Shown: positions 58,371 to 64,000 of the stretch, piece by piece
How the letters are laid out: every line of letters begins with the position of its first letter
Position numbering within the stretch: position 1 is the stretch's first letter
NCBI GenBank assembly: GCA_965205485.1
Contig: OZ242180.1
Location: 923,016 to 987,015 of the forward strand
DNA: 64,000 nt
From: Candidatus Latescibacterota bacterium
GTDB lineage: Bacteria; Latescibacterota; UBA2968; GCA-2709665
Direction of reading: 5' to 3'
The notes under the pieces: generated by a model
Seen by the model: the letters and a program-made list of their open reading frames with translations, nothing else
Databases searched by the model: none
What the model was told of the DNA's origin: nothing
Position numbers and translations under genes: made by a program

Positions 58371-58583
58371 TCCTGTCGCGTTGATTCCTCTCCAATCGCC
58401 CGCCGATTCATCCCGTCTCACGGCGTTGGGCCGACTTTGCGCAGGTCGTCTGCGTTAAGTCGCCGGTTCCGGAGCGATGCCCTGATCCTGTCGAAGGGCC
58501 TGTCGAAGGATGCGAGACGGTTGACTCGACGGGCGAATTTTGGCAACTTATTTTCCGGACACGACACTGGGAGAAGGCCGATC

Positions 58584-59171
58584 ATGGTGCAGAAGTCGTC
58601 CGCCGGGCGGGCTGCGCACAGGCGCGTTGTGAGCGTTCTGGTCACCTGGCTCGCGCTCGCAGGCGGCGCGGCTTCCGAACAGTCCGGTGTCGTGTCGCGC
58701 CAGGAAGCGCTGAACGCGGTCTTCGCCGGCGCGACAATCACCGGGGATCGCGTCTACCTGACGTTCGAGCAGGTGGAACGGATAGCCGCGCTGGCGGGCG
58801 AGGACGTGCGGACCCGAATCTACGCCCGGTACGTAGTGCGGCGCGATGGCGTCGTCGTCGGCAGAGCGTACGTCGACACGCACGTGGTGCGGACCAAACG
58901 CGAGAGCCTGCTCATCTCGCTCGAACCGGACGGGCGGGTGCGCCGCATCGACGTGACCGCATTTCTCGAGCCGCCCGAGTACATCCCCTCCGAGCGATGG
59001 AAGGGTCAGTACTACGGGAAACCGCTCGTTGACGACGTCGCTCTCCACCGTGCGATCCGACCCATCGCGGGGGCGACGCTGACCGCGCACGCCGTCAACG
59101 CCGCCGTGCGCCGCGTGCTGGCCCTCGACATGGTGCTGGAGGGACGCGAGCCCGGGAGGGAAGGGCAATGA
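58584..59171 (+). CDS. FMN-binding domain (FMN_bind) lipo/periplasmic protein
   Basis: Motif GATLTAHAVNAAVRRVL, which resembles the flavinylation target motif of the RnfG/NqrC type. ATG at 58584 has a GGGAGAAGG Shine-Dalgarno. Confidence 0.6.
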   Translation: MVQKSSAGRAAHRRVVSVLVTWLALAGGAASEQSGVVSRQEALNAVFAGATITGDRVYLTFEQVERIAALAGEDVRTRIYARYVVRRDGVVVGRAYVDTHVVRTKRESLLISLEPDGRVRRIDVTAFLEPPEYIPSERWKGQYYGKPLVDDVALHRAIRPIAGATLTAHAVNAAVRRVLALDMVLEGREPGREGQ

Positions 59172-59632
59172 CCTGGTGGGAACGCTGGGGTTTCAATACT
59201 TTCCACGTCATTGTCACGGGAACCGGGATCGTCTACTTTTACATGAAGTACGCCATGACGACCGATGACCCGTTCGCCGTCGTCAACCATCCGTGGCAAT
59301 CCGCGACGCTGTCGGTTCACATCCTCGTGGCGCCGCTGTTCGTCGCTTTCTTCGGTATGTTGTTCCGCTCGCACTCGTTACGGAAGCTGCGTTCACGAAA
59401 GCCGGCAAACCGACGGTCCGGATGGACCTCGCTTCTGAGCTTCACGGTGATGGCCCTCAGCGGCTATCTGATACAGGTCGTGAACACACCGGCGCTCATC
59501 ACTTTCTTCATCTGGACCCACGTCGCGGCCAGCGCAGTTTTCGTTGTCGGCTACGGCCTCCATCTCGTCAACGGCTGGCGGATCACTCCCCGCAGGGCGA
59601 ATGCCACCGCCTCGCGAATGCCGAGACCATGA
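59168..59632 (+). CDS. 4-TM membrane protein (DUF4405-like) of the flavinylation cluster
   Basis: 154 aa with four hydrophobic helices. The ATGA overlaps couple it to both neighbouring genes. Confidence 0.5.
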   Translation: MTWWERWGFNTFHVIVTGTGIVYFYMKYAMTTDDPFAVVNHPWQSATLSVHILVAPLFVAFFGMLFRSHSLRKLRSRKPANRRSGWTSLLSFTVMALSGYLIQVVNTPALITFFIWTHVAASAVFVVGYGLHLVNGWRITPRRANATASRMPRP

Positions 59633-60717
59633 GGACGCTCACGCTGAACCGACTCGCGGTGCGCCGCGCGGTACCGTGGGTCCTGTGGTTGGGAGTCGCG
59701 GCCTGCGCAACAGGGTCGGCTTCCGCGCGCGACACGGGTGGAAGGTATCCAGTCCGCATCGAGCGCACCGTGTTCCTCATGGGCACGTACGCCACCTTCG
59801 TGGCTGAGACCGAGGATCGTCAGACCGGTCTGGCGAAGCTGGAACGTATGGTCCGCGTCATCGAGGACACCGAAGCTGAGCTCAGCACCTGGCGGGACGA
59901 CAGCGTCCTCAGTGCCGTGAATGGACAGCCTGTGGGAACACCCCTGCCTGTCCCGGCCGCCATCTGCGGGCTCTTCTCCCGCATTGCAAAGTGGCATGCG
60001 GCCACGGACGGCGCGTTCGATCCGGCCGTAGGCAACCTCATCAAGGCGTGGGATCTGCGCGGAGAAGGCAGGGAACCGGATGACGGCGAGGCGCTGGCGG
60101 CGCTGGCCGCTTCAGGCTTCGACAAGCTCGTACTCGATGCCGAGACGTGCGCCGTCACGCGGCGCGCAGCGGTCATTCTGGACGCGGGCGGATTCGGCAA
60201 GGGCGAGGCGCTGGATCGGGTCCGAGAGGCCGAGCGCAACCGGCGCGGCGCATGGTTCATCGATTTCGGCGGGCAGGTGGCAGTGTCCGGCGAAGCGTCC
60301 GATGGCCCGTGGTCAGTCGGGCTTGCACATCCGGCGCAACGCCAAAAGGCGGTTCTCGAGTTATCTCTCGCCGCCGGCTCAATCGCCACAAGCAGCGGGT
60401 CCGATAGGGACCCCGCCACGGCGGACGGCCGCCGCATCGGCCATATCGTCGACCCGCGCAACGGCCGGCCGGTCTACCGAACCGGGTCGGTCACCGTCTG
60501 GCACGAAAACGCATTCGTTGCGGACGTGCTCTCGACGGCGCTGTACGTCATGGGAAAGAAAGAGGGGATCGCCTGGGCCGTGCCGCGCGGCATCGCCGCG
60601 TGCTTCTTTTCCGCTGCCCCGCACGCGGACGATGTCGTGTTCCGCGCCACACCTGCATTCACGGCGCGTTTCCCACTGTCCGATTCACCGCCGGGAGAAG
60701 AAGAAACGAAGGATTGA
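59629..60717 (+). CDS. apbE: FAD:protein FMN transferase
   Basis: Lipoprotein-like leader. ApbE blocks DAGGFGKGEA and SIATSSGSDRD. Start at MRTLTL, 4 nt overlapping the upstream stop. Confidence 0.8.
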   Translation: MRTLTLNRLAVRRAVPWVLWLGVAACATGSASARDTGGRYPVRIERTVFLMGTYATFVAETEDRQTGLAKLERMVRVIEDTEAELSTWRDDSVLSAVNGQPVGTPLPVPAAICGLFSRIAKWHAATDGAFDPAVGNLIKAWDLRGEGREPDDGEALAALAASGFDKLVLDAETCAVTRRAAVILDAGGFGKGEALDRVREAERNRRGAWFIDFGGQVAVSGEASDGPWSVGLAHPAQRQKAVLELSLAAGSIATSSGSDRDPATADGRRIGHIVDPRNGRPVYRTGSVTVWHENAFVADVLSTALYVMGKKEGIAWAVPRGIAACFFSAAPHADDVVFRATPAFTARFPLSDSPPGEEETKD

Positions 60718-60875
60718 GGTCGGGAAAGTTACACATGGCTACACGGATCGGCGCCTCGCGAATTCAACGCACGCCGATTTATCTTGTACTGTGGCGGGCG
60801 CCGTGTTTTTGACTTACATTTCAAAATGGAAGCCTGTCCGGACTCCGGTTGCCGCGCCACCGGCCAGATGACTGA

Positions 60876-61925
60876 ATGAACGCACTCGGGAGCAATTCGA
60901 TGCCGGTCAATCTCTCAAGAGACCTGAAACACAAACAAGACGGTTTCGGCGCCGAGCGAAACATCCACGAATACGAAAAAGGCTTCAGGGTGGCCAGGGA
61001 CGCCGTCGCTGAGAATGAAGACAGCGACGACAGGATGGTCAGCGTTCTGTACTACGATCTGGTTACTGACTTCTACGAATACGGTTGGGGCAGATCATTT
61101 CACTTTGCCCCGCGTGTCCCTGGAGAAAGCTTCGAGGCATCGCTTGTACGCCACGAACGCTATCTGGCGCGGGTACTCGGCCTTGAACCCGGGATGGTCG
61201 TCGCCGACGTGGGCTGCGGCGTCGGGGGCCCGCTAATGGAGATCGCGCGATATTCCGGCGCCAGGATCGTCGGCGTGAACAGCAACGCCTATCAACTCGA
61301 ACGCGCCCGGGAACGTACGGTAGAAGCGGGGCTGACGCACCTGGTCGAGTTCCTGCAGTGCGACTTCCTGAACGTGGATGCCGCGGACGAGTCGTTCGAC
61401 GCCGTATACGATATCGAAGCGACCTGCCATGCGCCGGATAAACTCAGCATCTATAGCGAGATCTTTCGTCTTTTAAAACCTGGCGGACGCTTCGGCGGTT
61501 ACCAATACTGCCTGACCGATCGCTTCGACGCCAACGATCCCCAGCATCTCAGGATCAAGGCCGACATCCAGCTGGGTGGCAGCCTGTTCGTGATCGACGA
61601 CACGCACACGGTCGATCAAGCGCTTCGATCTGTTGGCTTTGAGGTACTGGAAGCACGGGATCTTTCGATCCAGAATGGGCCGTCCATCCCCTGGTTTCAA
61701 CCTCTGATCGGTTCCGGTCTTTCTCTGACCGGCTTCCGCAGATCGAGGATCGGGCGCTGGGTCACGCGGAACTCGCTGAGATCGCTCGAAGCGCTACATA
61801 TCGCGCCACGGGGATCGGCCCGCGTAGCAGCAACTCTGGACCTCTGCGCGGAGGCCCTGGCCGAGGCCGGCCGGCTCGGGATCTTCACGCCGATGTACCT
61901 CGTTCACGCCCGCAAACCAGCGTAA
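60876..61925 (+). CDS. sterol 24-C-methyltransferase (ERG6/SMT)-like SAM-dependent methyltransferase
   Basis: SMT region I YEYGWGRSFHF, SAM motif VADVGCGVGGP, region III YDIEATCHAP, plus KPGG and FTPMYLVHARKP. Near-colinear with yeast ERG6 over about 300 aa. Confidence 0.8.
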   Translation: MNALGSNSMPVNLSRDLKHKQDGFGAERNIHEYEKGFRVARDAVAENEDSDDRMVSVLYYDLVTDFYEYGWGRSFHFAPRVPGESFEASLVRHERYLARVLGLEPGMVVADVGCGVGGPLMEIARYSGARIVGVNSNAYQLERARERTVEAGLTHLVEFLQCDFLNVDAADESFDAVYDIEATCHAPDKLSIYSEIFRLLKPGGRFGGYQYCLTDRFDANDPQHLRIKADIQLGGSLFVIDDTHTVDQALRSVGFEVLEARDLSIQNGPSIPWFQPLIGSGLSLTGFRRSRIGRWVTRNSLRSLEALHIAPRGSARVAATLDLCAEALAEAGRLGIFTPMYLVHARKPA

Positions 61926-61959
61926 AGCAATCCAATCGAGCTTGTTCACATCCTGCCAA

Positions 61960-64000
61960 CTATCTGACGGCGGGCATGAAATCCTGTGAGGCCTGGAACT
62001 CCCCCGCGCCGGGGATGGCTTTGGGTTGAACGGTATATTTCCCCCTGGGAACCACGAAAAAAGCGGTGTTCCTGCGCGCGTCGACCCGGGCGTTGTACCG
62101 GACAATACCGTCCCTGTTGCGGATACTCCAGTCGCCCGGCGCCAGGCCGGTCAGCAATAACTGACAGCTTCCATCCCCACCGACCCCCACCTGCAGCGTC
62201 TGCTCCAGCGGCTTGCCGGTCCGGTTCAAGACCACGACCCGGTCCGCCAGCGTGACAACGAAGGCTTCCGGGAGTTCAACGAGGTCGACCGGCAGCTGCT
62301 CCTCCTGTTCGTCACACATCGTCATCACCGTCAGAAACACATCGTTGCTCCGCTCTTCCACGGGTGAGAACATCACGCGATGGCCGTTCGCTTCAGGACG
62401 GTCCGGTTTTGGCGGCGTAAAGTACTGTCCGAACACGCTATTGGCGTCATTTCCGCTCAGGATCTGCGTATCCCGCTCATCCGCCCCCGGTCGCAGCATT
62501 CGCAGCACGACCTTGCCGCTCCCGTCAGCGTCGCTGTTTCTCAGGATAACGCCGTCGTCCGTCGTTTCGGGCGGGTTGAGGGTGTTGACCTGCCAGTATT
62601 TCCTGAACTCCGGTCTGGCCGTGGTCATATTGTCCAGGACGATCAGCGCCGCGGCAGTCTGCTCGTTGTCGAGGTTCAGGAAGCAGAAGGTCCGGACGTA
62701 GTCCTCGATCTTCTCGCTGTAGGCCGACGTCAGATTGACCGAGAAATAGCTGTAGAACGGCCGCTGAGGGGACGGGCCAAAGCTGGTCGAGACGACGCCA
62801 CCGTTGGCGAACGTCGGATCAGAAAGCGCCTGGTCCGGTGTGGTCGGGCAGGATTGAATGAAACGCACGCCCCCGTCATTGACGGTATTCCGAATGAACT
62901 GCTCTTCAGGATCGACCGCCAGCATCATGCTGTGCGAAATCGAACGTTTACAGAAGTTGAAGTCGTAGGGCGTTCCGTAGAAATGGTACTGCCCCAGGTC
63001 GGCCGCCTGCAGCCCGCGGTAGTAGATCTGGAAGCTGCCCGCGTCGGCGTGCTGGTGATTGCCGAAGTGATACCCGCCGCCCTTCATCTCCACGACCACG
63101 TCGGACGCGCCGGGGCCCATGTTCCATCCGGTCCGGGCGACCATCGAACCGAGGATCGGGCCGAAATCGATGGTGAGCGGCAATGAAGAGAAATCCTCGG
63201 CAGCCTTCAAGTCCGGGTCGTTCAGCAGCAGCACCATGATCGGTTCGGAGGGAAGCCCGCCCTGCCGCTCGAAGTCGTGCTTGATGACCGGATCGTTGCT
63301 GTAGGCGTAGCTGAGCAGTGCTGTAGCGCCGAGACTTGCCGGCCGTCCGTCAGAAAACCCGTCGCCGTCACGTAGCGTCTCTCCGTTCGGCATGCGCATG
63401 TAGAGCCAGAACTTGCAGACATCCGCGATGTTGTCGTCGAAGACCCGCTCGCCGGTCATACGGTTAAACAGCCAGGCCGCGTGCATATCCCATCCGAACC
63501 GGTACGGGCCGTAGCTGACGCCCTGGTTGTGGCGCGGGGACCGGTATTCGAACCGGCGCATCGGAACCAGTTCTTCCAGCATGCGGTAGGCGCAATATCG
63601 ATACGGTACCGGGTCTTCGTCGTAGATGGCGATGGCCATGCAGAGCAGATCGCGGTTGACCTGCGCCTCGTTGCCATGGCCGTTGACGATGATCTGCTTG
63701 AACGGCGGCCAGCCGATTTCCATATCGTCGGCGAGGCGCATCAGGTCGGTGCGAATGCTGTTCCTGTCGCTCGGTGTCATCAACTCGTAGCACCAGTCGT
63801 AAACCAATGCCGCAGAGTAGATGGCCCGGCCGATCTCCCTTGTAATATCAAGCAGATTTCCGAATTCGACCGCGGCGAGATAGTCGCGGATCAGCGCCAC
63901 CGCTTCCCGGCCGGGCGTCTCCTCGCCGTTCATCAGATAAACGAAGGCCCTGGCGACGGCCGCTTTCTCGAGTTTCGGATTGTGGCCGACTTCCGTACCC
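61960..64000 (-). CDS. heparinase II/III-like protein, 5'-truncated at the window end
   Basis: Motif GGGYHFGNHQHADAGSFQIYYRG. The reading frame stays open to nt 64000. Confidence 0.75.
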   Translation of the reverse strand, partial: GTEVGHNPKLEKAAVARAFVYLMNGEETPGREAVALIRDYLAAVEFGNLLDITREIGRAIYSAALVYDWCYELMTPSDRNSIRTDLMRLADDMEIGWPPFKQIIVNGHGNEAQVNRDLLCMAIAIYDEDPVPYRYCAYRMLEELVPMRRFEYRSPRHNQGVSYGPYRFGWDMHAAWLFNRMTGERVFDDNIADVCKFWLYMRMPNGETLRDGDGFSDGRPASLGATALLSYAYSNDPVIKHDFERQGGLPSEPIMVLLLNDPDLKAAEDFSSLPLTIDFGPILGSMVARTGWNMGPGASDVVVEMKGGGYHFGNHQHADAGSFQIYYRGLQAADLGQYHFYGTPYDFNFCKRSISHSMMLAVDPEEQFIRNTVNDGGVRFIQSCPTTPDQALSDPTFANGGVVSTSFGPSPQRPFYSYFSVNLTSAYSEKIEDYVRTFCFLNLDNEQTAAALIVLDNMTTARPEFRKYWQVNTLNPPETTDDGVILRNSDADGSGKVVLRMLRPGADERDTQILSGNDANSVFGQYFTPPKPDRPEANGHRVMFSPVEERSNDVFLTVMTMCDEQEEQLPVDLVELPEAFVVTLADRVVVLNRTGKPLEQTLQVGVGGDGSCQLLLTGLAPGDWSIRNRDGIVRYNARVDARRNTAFFVVPRGKYTVQPKAIPGAGEFQASQDFMPAVR

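Noticed and set aside
1-64000. CRISPR array, rRNA, tRNA or integrase/transposase genes.
   Set aside because: No regularly spaced direct repeats, no rRNA-like conserved blocks and no recombinase motifs were found on either strand. The low-GC islets carry only small cargo genes.

Overview
This is a high-GC (~65%) bacterial window, probably from a metagenome-assembled genome, in which both strands are full of spurious long ORFs. After filtering I support about 45 features. The window is dominated by a paralogue-rich accessory locus that looks built for degrading a uronic-acid or sulfated polysaccharide. Its parts are: (1) a YtrA-type GntR regulator, an ABC ATPase and two tandem 440-aa permease paralogues, divergent from an MR/MLE enolase-superfamily enzyme; (2) two tandem GWxTD-domain secreted proteins; (3) three paralogous ~660-aa polytopic membrane proteins of unknown family; (4) a nitrilase-superfamily hydrolase and mannonate dehydratase UxuA; (5) FIVE giant paralogues (about 1100-1220 aa, no signal peptide) with a heparinase II/III-like core and a C-terminal FG-GAP beta-propeller, three of them in direct tandem; (6) two or three ordinary secreted heparinase II/III-like proteins, a beta-helix/PKD protein and two PhyH-type Fe/2OG dioxygenases; (7) a MalEFGK-type sugar ABC importer. 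Interspersed are small low-GC islets carrying an MNT/HepT toxin-antitoxin pair and an uncharacterised acidic/basic two-gene cassette. There is also an unusual three-domain fusion of a lipoprotein leader, a LivK-like periplasmic binding domain and a Cu,Zn superoxide dismutase. The 3' part of the window holds an ECF sigma/anti-sigma pair followed by a secreted internal-repeat protein, an outer-membrane beta-barrel/FMN-binding/DUF4405-like/ApbE flavinylation operon, a strikingly eukaryote-like ERG6-type sterol C-24 methyltransferase, and a 5'-truncated heparinase II/III gene. At least seven genes carry single-base frameshifts (the ABC ATPase, the MalF-like permease and three giant paralogues). 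I read these more likely as indel sequencing errors than as pseudogenes, but that cannot be decided from the sequence. A REP-like palindrome family (GAGGGCAKCCTGCCCTC) recurs at six or more intergenic sites. I found no rRNA, tRNA or CRISPR.
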